This document shows, one piece after another, positions 51,013-59,596 of a stretch of 64,000 bases of DNA. The stretch is from assembly GCA_951813555.1 (NCBI GenBank), contig OX638344.1, positions 1,823,076 through 1,887,075 of the forward strand, read 5' to 3'. Origin of the DNA: an uncultured Acidimicrobiales bacterium. GTDB lineage: Bacteria > Actinomycetota > Acidimicrobiia > Acidimicrobiales > Bin134. The position numbers and the translations under genes are program-made. How positions within the stretch are numbered: the first letter of the stretch is position 1; each line of letters begins with the position of its first letter. The notes below the pieces were generated by a model that was not told where the DNA came from, ran no database searches, and saw only the letters and a list, made by a program, of their open reading frames with translations.

Positions 51013-53151
51013 ATGACCGACGATGCAAGACGTGACGCCAACCGACGGAGCCGGTGGTGGCACCGTCCATTTTCGGTCTTTCAGACCAACCTTCAGGAGA
51101 TCGACGCGACACTCGATGTCGACGCGGCACTCGACTTCATCGAGGACTATGGGGCCGATACCTGGTTGCTAAATACCGGTGGCATCGTTTCATTCCACCC
51201 CTCTCGGCTGTCTTTCCAGACGCCGAGCCCATACCTGGCCAATCGCCTGTCGGGCGACCTCGTCGGCGATGCAGTGACAGCCGCTCACGACCGGGGCTTG
51301 AAGCTGATCGCGAGGCTTGACTTCTCAAAGGTCTCAACCCGAGTCGCTCAAGAGCATCCAGAATGGCTGTACGTGTCACCGGATGGTCAGCCGCAGCTCT
51401 ACAACACGCTCTACAGCGTCTGCCCTTCCGGCGCCTACTACCAGGAGCGCACATTCGACATCCTCGACGAGATCATGGATCGATACGCCATCGACGGGTT
51501 CTTCTTCAACTGGTTCAATTTCAATGAACGCGACTACAGCCGCAGATACCTGGGAGTTTGCCAGTGCACTAGCTGCCAGGAGCGGTACGCGGCGTGTAGC
51601 GACGAATCTCTACCGGTCGGACCCGAATCTGACAACTACCGTGACTGGCTGAAGTTCTCTTTCGAGACAACCGGCAGTCTGACCAAGCGGATCGCCGCCC
51701 ACGTTTCAAGCCGTTGCCCAGATGTTGCTCTCGTGCTCCGGCGTGGAGCCACTATCGCCTACCAGGAGGCCAACAACGCGTTCGGCACCGACGTCTGGCA
51801 CCACGAGACCGGCGAGGCTGTCAGCGCCCACGTCAACACCTCACCGGACGTGCCGGTTATGGTCAATTCGGTTGCGTTCGTCGATATGCCGTATCGAATG
51901 GCAGGCGAACAGCCCGAGCGCTTTGCTCAGTATCTGATCCAAGCAATCGCCCGAGGGGGCAACCCATCGACGTACATAATGGGCCCGCCGGGGCGGATTC
52001 CCTACGCAAGCCTGCCGTCTGGCCGGGAAGTGACCCAATTTCACCGCCAACACATCGACGTGTACACCTCACTGGAGTCAGCAGCAACCATCGCCGTCGT
52101 GCGGCCCGACCGCTTAGGCATGCCCCCCCACCGCTACGCCACAACCCGCGAGGAATACCGAGGCATCTACGCCTCACTGCAACAGACCCATCACCCCTTC
52201 GACGTCTTGGCCGTCGAGTCGCTCACTGATGCGGGCAGCCTGGGGCGCCTGAGCCGCTACTCGCTCATCGTCGTTCCAGACCTCGGCCCCCTCGGCCTAG
52301 GCACTGCCAAGGTCCTTGATGACTATGCATATGGCGGCGGCCACCTCCTCTGCACCGGCTCGAGCGCTGTGGGAGAAGATGGCACCGTTGAGCTTGCCTC
52401 CAGCCCCGCCGACGCTGCGAAGGGAAAACCTGAGGCCGATGCGGCGACTTGGTCTCGCTACGCAACCCTTGTGGAGCAGCCCGACGCCGACGACTACTGC
52501 TATTCGCCGCCCCTTGTGCCTGTCTGGGGGGCGAACTTGTCGTTCGCCTGGAAACCTGGAACCACCATGCTCGGTTCGGTACTTCCCCCTGCGCCGTACG
52601 GTCCTCCTGAGAAGTGCTATGGGCATGTTGTCGGCGCAGAACCGGCGATGGTCACGAAAATGCACGGCTCCGGCGGGGTGACAGTGATTCCCTGGACGGT
52701 TGGTCGCACTTATCGAGAGTTCGGGACCACCGAAGTCCGCAATTTCCTGCTCAGTGCTGTGACCCCTCATTTTGAGAACGCGGTGACGACCACATTCCCC
52801 GAACACGTTGAGCTAATCCTCGGCACCGACGACCGAGGCCTCGTACTCCATCTTCTCAACCTGACCGGGGCCCGACACCGTACCTTCGGTCCGCACGTGA
52901 GGATTCCCGGCGGCCAAGTGCGTCTACACGGTGTCAAAGCACCTCGCGCCGAGGCGCTGGTGGCGGCGAGCCCTATCGCGGTCCGCTACGACGGCTCCGA
53001 CACGGTCCTCGATCTCCCGCCACTCGAGCGCTTCGAGGTCCTCCGGGTTGCGACTCTAAATGAAACTAATGTCATGTCTTCACGGTCACACCTTGCTTCG
53101 GCTGTCGCCGAGTCGATCGGCTCTCCAACCACCGAAAGGACCCAGTCGTGA
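51013..53151 (+). CDS. Putative glycoside-hydrolase-like protein (GHL6 / GH42-like TIM barrel plus trimerisation-like domain)
   Basis: 712 aa with a gaggag SD. FQTNLQEIDA...GADTWLLNTGGIVSFHPS...HPEWLYVSPDG...FFFNWFNF and a Cys cluster CQCTSCQERY. The family is recalled, so confidence in the function is low. Confidence 0.4.
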   Translation: MTDDARRDANRRSRWWHRPFSVFQTNLQEIDATLDVDAALDFIEDYGADTWLLNTGGIVSFHPSRLSFQTPSPYLANRLSGDLVGDAVTAAHDRGLKLIARLDFSKVSTRVAQEHPEWLYVSPDGQPQLYNTLYSVCPSGAYYQERTFDILDEIMDRYAIDGFFFNWFNFNERDYSRRYLGVCQCTSCQERYAACSDESLPVGPESDNYRDWLKFSFETTGSLTKRIAAHVSSRCPDVALVLRRGATIAYQEANNAFGTDVWHHETGEAVSAHVNTSPDVPVMVNSVAFVDMPYRMAGEQPERFAQYLIQAIARGGNPSTYIMGPPGRIPYASLPSGREVTQFHRQHIDVYTSLESAATIAVVRPDRLGMPPHRYATTREEYRGIYASLQQTHHPFDVLAVESLTDAGSLGRLSRYSLIVVPDLGPLGLGTAKVLDDYAYGGGHLLCTGSSAVGEDGTVELASSPADAAKGKPEADAATWSRYATLVEQPDADDYCYSPPLVPVWGANLSFAWKPGTTMLGSVLPPAPYGPPEKCYGHVVGAEPAMVTKMHGSGGVTVIPWTVGRTYREFGTTEVRNFLLSAVTPHFENAVTTTFPEHVELILGTDDRGLVLHLLNLTGARHRTFGPHVRIPGGQVRLHGVKAPRAEALVAASPIAVRYDGSDTVLDLPPLERFEVLRVATLNETNVMSSRSHLASAVAESIGSPTTERTQS

Positions 53152-54404
53152 CCTCAGTTGATTTCCGGGCGCGTCCGAATCGGGCGGTGATACCGGTCGA
53201 TCCGGCCTCGTTCGTTGCCGACTATGTGCCCGGGCGGGTGGAGCGAAACGGTGCCGTCGCTCGCCGCAGCGCTGATCGCCTGGGGTTGCCGTCCCTAACC
53301 CTGGAGGTCGATGGGGAGTCGGTCACCATAGAGCGTTCCTCATCGGGGTTGACGGTGCGCTCGGCCCCGGGGGGAGACCTCGTCGTCGTCCTTGGGGTGG
53401 AGACCTTCGCTGATCTGGTACACGATGCCGTGTCGACCTTTGGGGCCGAGATGGCGGGGCGGGCCGAGGTGCGGTCTGGTGAGATCGACGACTTCATTGG
53501 TTGGGAGCCGGTGTGGCGCACGCTGCTCGATGGCCGCCCGGCCTATGAGCCGGAGTCGGTTGACTTTCGCGATCGCGCCGGTGCGCCGACGGACCTTCAT
53601 CAGAGTTTCGGCCTCGACGACGATCCGACTGAGATTGGCCACTTTCTGGGAGAAGCTGGGTTCCTCCATCTTCGGGGTGTGTTCACGGCCGAGGAGATGG
53701 CCGCGGTATCCGCCGACCTCGACATCGCCATGGCCGAGGCCGAACGCGACGATGGTGCCTCATGGTGGGCTCGGGACGAGGCGGGGGATTGGGCGCCGTC
53801 ACGCATCCTCGGGTTCAATCATCGGTCCGCCGCGCTGCGCGAGCTGCTCTCAACCGACCGGTTCGGCCGCATCGCGACATTCACGGAAGACGAATTCGTG
53901 CAGCGAGATCCGTTCGCGGGCGACGCGGCTGAAGGCCTGCACAAGCGGGTCGGCATCGTTGAGGGCATCTCGGACGTGAGCTGGCACAAGGACTGTTCGA
54001 TGGGAGGACATTCCCGCACCTGCTGCGGGCTCGTCACGGGAATCTCGGTGACTGGGGCCGGTCCCGAGAACGGCGAACTCGGCGTGGTGGCGGGGTCGCA
54101 CCGGGCCAACATCGCGGCGCTCGGGGTCGAGCAGATCGACCTGCCCCGAGTACCCCTGCCGACTGAGATCGGAGACGTCACGGTTCACTGCTCGTGCACG
54201 CTCCACATGAGCCGTCCGCCAGTGGCTGCGGAGCGTCGCGTGGTCTACACCGGATTTGGTCTCGCGCCCCGACCGGAAGACGATCCGGTGGTACTCGACG
54301 CGGCGACCCGGCGAAAGCAGCGGGCCTCGCTGAACGACCATGTTCGGCGCCACCAGCAAGAAGAGAGTGCAACCAGCACCCGGCGCGCCAACTTCGACCT
54401 CTGA
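53148..54404 (+). CDS. Phytanoyl-CoA dioxygenase (PhyH)-like Fe(II)/2OG oxygenase with ~190-aa N-terminal extension
   Basis: GTGA overlap with the upstream gene. WHKDCS (H-x-D) and a distal VTVHCSCTLHMSRPP are consistent with the PhyH facial triad. Not searched. Confidence 0.5.
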   Translation: MTSVDFRARPNRAVIPVDPASFVADYVPGRVERNGAVARRSADRLGLPSLTLEVDGESVTIERSSSGLTVRSAPGGDLVVVLGVETFADLVHDAVSTFGAEMAGRAEVRSGEIDDFIGWEPVWRTLLDGRPAYEPESVDFRDRAGAPTDLHQSFGLDDDPTEIGHFLGEAGFLHLRGVFTAEEMAAVSADLDIAMAEAERDDGASWWARDEAGDWAPSRILGFNHRSAALRELLSTDRFGRIATFTEDEFVQRDPFAGDAAEGLHKRVGIVEGISDVSWHKDCSMGGHSRTCCGLVTGISVTGAGPENGELGVVAGSHRANIAALGVEQIDLPRVPLPTEIGDVTVHCSCTLHMSRPPVAAERRVVYTGFGLAPRPEDDPVVLDAATRRKQRASLNDHVRRHQQEESATSTRRANFDL

Positions 54405-54593
54405 GAGTCATGCGCAATTGCCAAAGGACCGACCCGTCGCTGGTGAGAGGACTAGAGATAACCGGCACCGTGCGGGAGCGGATGGAGTCCATCTGGTGCC
54501 GCCAAATGTGTTGGGGCGTGTCTACGGGCATCTAGGAGGCTTGCGGCGCTCCATTGCAGACCAACTCGAAGTGAATCCCGGTGACAGTTACCT

Positions 54594-55127
54594 CTAGCCA
54601 GCAAGGGTTCGGAGGCGGGCGACTCGGTGGTCTTCGCCGCCGAGATAGCGGACGAGCACGCCGAGCACGGCCTCGTGGTTGAGGGTGCCGGCTGCGTTCA
54701 TGTCCTCCAGATCAGCCCAATCTCTTGTCCGGTCGAAGAAGGCCTTGAACACGGCCAGGTCTCGGCAGGCGAGGAAGGGGACCGCCGTGCCACCGAATTG
54801 CTCGAGTCGGGCTCGGCTGGCGGCGGCCTCGTGGAATGGGGTGGTGTTGAAGAAGACGTCGACTGGAGTGGCACCCCACCACAACCGGCATTGACCGTCA
54901 GCCTCGAGCTCGCGCCGATTGGCGTCGGTTACCGACACGCCTGCTGGCAGGGCGACTAGCGCCCGGTCGATGTGGTCGACGCCGACGAACAGGTTTACGT
55001 CGATGTCAATGGTGCCCCGGGCCTGCTGGGTGCACCAGGCCAGAGCCAGTGCACCTCCGAAGGCGTGGGGGATGTCGGCGTCGTCCAGCGCCCGATGAAG
55101 GCCGACGACCTGCTCGACCAGGTTCAT
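54594..55127 (-). CDS. Minimal nucleotidyltransferase-fold protein (putative toxin/effector)
   Basis: 177 aa. HAFGGALALAWCTQQARGTIDIDVNLFV fits the pol-beta NTase G[GS]-x(9-13)-D-x-D motif. ATGA overlap with the upstream HTH gene. Confidence 0.6.
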   Translation of the reverse strand: MNLVEQVVGLHRALDDADIPHAFGGALALAWCTQQARGTIDIDVNLFVGVDHIDRALVALPAGVSVTDANRRELEADGQCRLWWGATPVDVFFNTTPFHEAAASRARLEQFGGTAVPFLACRDLAVFKAFFDRTRDWADLEDMNAAGTLNHEAVLGVLVRYLGGEDHRVARLRTLAG

Positions 55128-55435
55128 CGTCCGAAAACGGGGAACTCGAGCACGGGGGAGTGGCGGGCAGGGAACTCAGCGGCCAGTTCCAGGACGGCAG
55201 CCAGCTCGGTACCTCTATCTAGCCGGTCGTTCCCCCGCACCCGGGGGCTTAGCTCCCGGTGGAGGGCGAACCCCGCGGCTCGGACGATCCGATCGAGGGT
55301 GGAGGCCGACGGCGTCTTGGCTCCCGATTCATAGGCCGCAATCGCCGAGTGGGAGGTACCGGCCCGGGCGGCCAGCGCTCGCAGCGTGAGGTCGGCTTGT
55401 GATCGGGCGGTGCGGATCACCTCGGCCGCATTCAT
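55124..55435 (-). CDS. XRE-family helix-turn-helix protein (putative antitoxin/regulator)
   Basis: 103 aa. IRTARSQADLTLRALAARAGTSHSAIAAYESGAKTPSASTLDRIV is a Cro/C1-type HTH, followed by a ~45-aa C-terminal extension. Confidence 0.7.
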   Translation of the reverse strand: MNAAEVIRTARSQADLTLRALAARAGTSHSAIAAYESGAKTPSASTLDRIVRAAGFALHRELSPRVRGNDRLDRGTELAAVLELAAEFPARHSPVLEFPVFGR

Positions 55436-55444
55436 AGAGCTAAT

Positions 55445-55462
55445 GGTATCCGATCAGATACC
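55445..55462. promoter_or_regulatory. Near-perfect palindrome upstream of the XRE gene (candidate operator)
   Basis: ggtatccgatcagatacc, with 8 of 9 positions pairing. It overlaps the minus-strand -10-like TACCAT (55448-55443), which ends 7 nt before ATG 55435. Confidence 0.5.
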
Positions 55463-55467
55463 AAATT

Positions 55468-56223
55468 TCACATGGCGATATTCTCGCCTTGAAAGCGGTC
55501 GAGTTCGCGAAGGGTTAGGGAGACGCCGGAGTCGGGGTCGAGGGTGACGAGCACTGCGGCGGGCTCCCCTTCGAGGGACTCGGCGGTGGCGCCGGAGTAG
55601 GCGATCACCGAGGGGGATTCGCGGATTATCTGGTGGCGATGGATGTGGCCGAGGGCCACATAGTCCCAGTCGATGGCGTCAAGGTGGCTGGGGTAGATGG
55701 GCGACGAGCGATACGACGGCGTCTCATCGGGCATCACCAGGCCGTGGCCCATGGCGATGCACCAGCCGTATTCTGGGCGAGGCGGGAGCCCGTCGAGGGG
55801 GTGGAATCCGGGGTGGTGGTCGTCCATCGACTTGCCCCAGACGGTGAGGTCCAACTCCGCCAGGTGAGTCGTCGAGCCTTCGAGGTCGTCGAGAATAGTG
55901 ATCGGGAGCTCCTGGATGTGGGGGCCGAATCGGTGGAGCACCGACGACTCGGGATGGGCGTCGTGGTTGCCGGCGATCATCACCACCGGGCACGAGAGCC
56001 GAGCCAACTGGTCGGCGGCCCAACTCAGCACGTCATCGCCAACCCGGTTGTGGTCGAACAGGTCGCCAGAGATCATGACCAAGTCCACCGCCTCGGCGAT
56101 GGCCAGGTCGACGGCGGCGGCAAAGGCTGCCTCCTGTCGTCGGGCCGGACCAGTTCCCAGGTGGCAGTCCGATGTATGCAGCAGCGAGAGGGCTCGACGT
56201 CGAATGGGTTTGTTGTCGGACAC
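55468..56223 (-). CDS. Metallophosphoesterase (calcineurin-like, SbcD/Mre11-type motifs)
   Basis: 251 aa with a GTG start. Motifs DCHLG, GDLFD, GNHD and GHIHRH occur in the canonical order. Confidence 0.75.
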   Translation of the reverse strand: MSDNKPIRRRALSLLHTSDCHLGTGPARRQEAAFAAAVDLAIAEAVDLVMISGDLFDHNRVGDDVLSWAADQLARLSCPVVMIAGNHDAHPESSVLHRFGPHIQELPITILDDLEGSTTHLAELDLTVWGKSMDDHHPGFHPLDGLPPRPEYGWCIAMGHGLVMPDETPSYRSSPIYPSHLDAIDWDYVALGHIHRHQIIRESPSVIAYSGATAESLEGEPAAVLVTLDPDSGVSLTLRELDRFQGENIAM

Positions 56224-56286
56224 TAAGCCCTCGGATCTATGGGTTGACGTAGGCTCGCAAAGGATTCCACTCGGGAAGGCAAGGCT

Positions 56287-57204
56287 ATGGCAGAACGGGC
56301 CACCGACGGCAAGGTTGCGCTGGTTACCGGCGCGAGCAAGGGGGGCACTGGTACGGCTATCGCACTGCGTTTGGCTGCCGAGGGCGCCCGGGTAGCCATC
56401 ACCGCCCGCGATGAGCAGGGTTTGGCCGCCACCAAGAACCGCATCGAGTCGTTCGGCGGCGAGTGCCTAGTGTTTCCGTCGGACCTCAGCGATCCGACGG
56501 GCGCTCGCACCGAGTTGGTGCCCAAGACAGAGGAGGCGTTCGGCCCCATCGACATCCTGGTCAACAACGCCGCTTTCGGCGGCTACCACCCGTTCGAGGA
56601 CGTCACGCCCAAGCAACTCGAGCTGAGCCTGCAAGTCAACCTGTGGGCTCCTTGGGAGCTGATGAAGGCGGTTGTCGGCGGCATGCGCCAGCGGGGGAGA
56701 GGGGCGATCTTGAACCTCACCACTTTCTCCGCCGAACTGCCTCCTGGACCTCCGTTCCCCGCGAGCAAACCCTCGAAAGCCGGCTTCGTCTACGGGGCGC
56801 CCAAGGCGGCGCTGAACAAGTTGACCGTCTCGGCGGCCAGCGAGTGCGAAGGGCAGGGGGTGGCGGTGAACGCCCTCACTCCCCAAGCGGCCATCGCCAC
56901 CCCGGCGTTGGTAGAGGCTGGCTGGATCGACGAGGACATGTTCGAACCGCTGGAGACCATGGCCGAAGCCGCCCTCGCACTGCTTACTGGCGACCCCGAC
57001 GTGCTCACTGGGCGCATTGCCTTCAGCCTGCAACTCTTGGCGGAGTTAAATCGACCGGTGCGCGATCTCATGGGCCAAGCTCTGGTCGAGGGTTGGCAGC
57101 CGACTGATATCCCCGCGGCCATCGCCCGCCAAGAGGCCAACCTCGCCGAGCGGGGTTGGCCCGACGCCTACACCTTTGGCCGCGTCAACAGTCCCCGCCC
57201 GTGA
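56287..57204 (+). CDS. SDR family oxidoreductase
   Basis: VALVTGASKGGTGTAIA, NNAA and YGAPKAA (Y-x-x-x-K). 305 aa. Confidence 0.8.
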   Translation: MAERATDGKVALVTGASKGGTGTAIALRLAAEGARVAITARDEQGLAATKNRIESFGGECLVFPSDLSDPTGARTELVPKTEEAFGPIDILVNNAAFGGYHPFEDVTPKQLELSLQVNLWAPWELMKAVVGGMRQRGRGAILNLTTFSAELPPGPPFPASKPSKAGFVYGAPKAALNKLTVSAASECEGQGVAVNALTPQAAIATPALVEAGWIDEDMFEPLETMAEAALALLTGDPDVLTGRIAFSLQLLAELNRPVRDLMGQALVEGWQPTDIPAAIARQEANLAERGWPDAYTFGRVNSPRP

Positions 57205-58400
57205 GCGACGAGCTGTTCCTGCGGATCGTCACCGATCCCGAGGTGTACGCCGATCCCTACGCGCTTTTGGCGGAGCTGCGGGAGACGTCGCCGGTACACA
57301 AGCTGGGCTTTGCCGACTATTGGGCCCTCACCCGCTATGAGGATTGCCGGTCAGTGTTGCGGGATCCCCGGATGGGCAACCCCGAGCCGGGCGACCAGGT
57401 GCCGACGATTGCCGGCAACGCGGTGCGCACGCCGAAAGAGGAGCGCACGCTGCTGTTCTTGAATCCGCCCGACCACACCCGCCTGCGGTCGCTGGTCAGC
57501 CGGGCCTTCACGCCCCGGCGGGTGGAGGGGCTTCGGGGCTCGGTGGAGGCCATGACTGCTGAGCTGCTCGATCCGCTAGTTCCCGCCTGCGAGGTAGACC
57601 TGATCGACCAGCTGGCCTTCCCGCTGCCGGCCAATGTCATCAGCGAGCTGGTGGGTGTTCCCCGGGCCGACCGCGACTGGCTTCGGCCGCTGGTGTCCGA
57701 CTTGGCCGGCACTTTGGAGCCGAATCGCAGCCCGGAGGACATGGAGCGGGCTGAGGTCTCCGGGGCGAAGGTGGCGGCGTACTTCGACGAGCTGATCGAC
57801 CGGCGGCGGACCGAGCCCGGCGACGACCTGCTGTCGGCGCTGATCGCGGCCAGCGACGGTGAGGATCGGCTCACCCAAAGCGAGATCGGGCTCACCTTGT
57901 CTCTCATTTATGCCGCCGGGTTCGAGACCACCACCAACCTCCTTGGCAACATGGTCCACACGCTGATGCGCCATCCCGACCAATTGGCCCGGCTGCGAGC
58001 CGACCGGTCGCTGGTGCCCGGTGCGGTCGACGAGGTGCTGCGCTATCAGCCCCCGGTGCAAGTGGACGCCCGCTACACGTTTGAAGATGTGGAGATCGGG
58101 GGCCACTCCGTCGCCCAGGGCAGCATGGTGCTGACGCTGCTGGCCGCGGCCAACCGCGACCCCGCGGTGATCGACGATCCCGACCGGTTCGACATCACCC
58201 GCCAAGACACGCCGCTGCTGTCGTTCGGCTCGGGCATCCACTACTGCCTGGGCGCATCGCTGGCCCGCCTCGAAGGCCAAGTGGTTCTGGCCGGCCTGCT
58301 TGACCGTTTCCCAACGTGGACCCCGCTAGAAGAAAACCCTCCCTGGAAGCCTCGGCTCACCCTGCGAGGGCTGGCCCGATTGCCAGTGGCCTTGGCTTAG
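57201..58400 (+). CDS. Cytochrome P450
   Basis: GTG 57201 gives a GTGA overlap with the SDR stop (track start 57156). Heme loop FGSGIHYCLGASLAR and I-helix AAGFETT. Confidence 0.9.
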   Translation: MSDELFLRIVTDPEVYADPYALLAELRETSPVHKLGFADYWALTRYEDCRSVLRDPRMGNPEPGDQVPTIAGNAVRTPKEERTLLFLNPPDHTRLRSLVSRAFTPRRVEGLRGSVEAMTAELLDPLVPACEVDLIDQLAFPLPANVISELVGVPRADRDWLRPLVSDLAGTLEPNRSPEDMERAEVSGAKVAAYFDELIDRRRTEPGDDLLSALIAASDGEDRLTQSEIGLTLSLIYAAGFETTTNLLGNMVHTLMRHPDQLARLRADRSLVPGAVDEVLRYQPPVQVDARYTFEDVEIGGHSVAQGSMVLTLLAAANRDPAVIDDPDRFDITRQDTPLLSFGSGIHYCLGASLARLEGQVVLAGLLDRFPTWTPLEENPPWKPRLTLRGLARLPVALA

Positions 58401-59578
58401 AAAACGATCGGCACCGAGGCGTAGCCCTGCTGGAATGAGCCGGGCAGGCGGACCACCTCGTCAGCGGGAACTTCGAAGTCGGGGATGCGGGCCAGGGCCT
58501 CCTCGATGATGACCCGGCCCTCTAGGCGGGCCAGATGGGCGCCGATGCAGTAGTGCAGTCCGTGGCCGAAGCCGAGTTGGCGGGGAGGGCGCCGGTGAAT
58601 GTCGAAGCTCTCGGAGTCGGCGCCGAACTCCCGCTCGTCGCGGTTGGCCGACTGGTACAGCAGAAACACCCGGTCGCCGGGGGTCATCTCCTGGCCGCCG
58701 ATCACCGTGGGTCGGCTCACCGTGCGGCCCAAATGCTGGATGGGCACTTCTAGGCGCAGCATCTCCTCGAAGGCGCCCCCGCTGAGCGAAGCATCCTGAG
58801 CCAGGGCGGCCCGCTGATCGCCGTTGGCGGCCAGGTGGATGAAACCGCCGCCCATCACCTTGGGAGTGGTCTCCACTCCTCCGGTGAACAGGGTGGAGAG
58901 TTGGATGGCGGCGTCTTGATCGTCGAAGGGATGACCCAGCACATCCACTCCCAGCAGTGATTCGATGTACTCGGGGCAGTCTCCCGCCCGTTGTTCGGCC
59001 ACGAAGCCGCAAAGATATTCGTGGATCTTGGCTCGGGCCGCGGGGGCGCGGTCGTCGTAGCGCATGGTCTGGTTGGCGTAGTCCACCAGCTTCTCCCCGT
59101 CGGCAAAGGGGAACCCCAGCACCAGCGAGGTGCCGGCCACCGACACCGGCGAGGCCAGCTCGGTGACAATGTCGAGCCGCCCCCGTTCCAGACCGGCCTC
59201 CACGCAATCGGCCGCCACCCGGCGCAGCTCGGCCTCCAGCTCAGCCACCGGGCGGGGGCGCAGCGGGGGATAGAGGATCTTGCGGATCTGGGTGTGAGCG
59301 GGCGGGTCCATCTGGGAGAAGCTGAGCAATGGCCCCTCCGGCAACGGCCCCAGCTCGACCGACGCCGGCTGATGTACCTGGTCTCGCAGGAAAACCGGCC
59401 CTTCCACAATGGTGAACGATTCCCGGTCACAACTCACCTCCCACAGCTCGGCGAACCGGGGCAGCGCCCACCCGTGATACTGCTCCAGTCGATGCACCCC
59501 GCCCGCCTCCCGCAACTCCCGATAGATCGGGAGCGGATCAGTGGCCACCTCAAGAGAGAACGGGTCGTATTCCGTCAT
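58397..59578 (-). CDS. Cytochrome P450
   Basis: Track ORF 58397..60100 trimmed to ATG 59578 (MTEYDPFSLEVATDP...). Heme loop FGHGLHYCIGAHLAR and I-helix TGGVETT. 393 aa. Confidence 0.9.
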   Translation of the reverse strand: MTEYDPFSLEVATDPLPIYRELREAGGVHRLEQYHGWALPRFAELWEVSCDRESFTIVEGPVFLRDQVHQPASVELGPLPEGPLLSFSQMDPPAHTQIRKILYPPLRPRPVAELEAELRRVAADCVEAGLERGRLDIVTELASPVSVAGTSLVLGFPFADGEKLVDYANQTMRYDDRAPAARAKIHEYLCGFVAEQRAGDCPEYIESLLGVDVLGHPFDDQDAAIQLSTLFTGGVETTPKVMGGGFIHLAANGDQRAALAQDASLSGGAFEEMLRLEVPIQHLGRTVSRPTVIGGQEMTPGDRVFLLYQSANRDEREFGADSESFDIHRRPPRQLGFGHGLHYCIGAHLARLEGRVIIEEALARIPDFEVPADEVVRLPGSFQQGYASVPIVF

Positions 59579-59596
59579 TGTGATAGAGACTGCCTT

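Noticed and set aside
54464-54500. Palindromic pieces (gatggagtccatc at 54481-54493; ggcacc/ggtgcc at 54464-54469 and 54495-54500) in the convergent gap after the PhyH-like and NTase genes
   Set aside because: The arms are short and asymmetrically spaced. The inner palindrome has a 1-nt centre, which is not a viable RNA hairpin. This is not distinguishable from chance in GC-rich DNA.
54405-56286. Direct repeats flanking the XRE/NTase pair (with or without the phosphoesterase), analogous to the other two TA cassettes
   Set aside because: Only weak matches were found (ccaaat..t, caaagga). Nothing approaches the 12-14-nt perfect repeats seen at the other cassettes.
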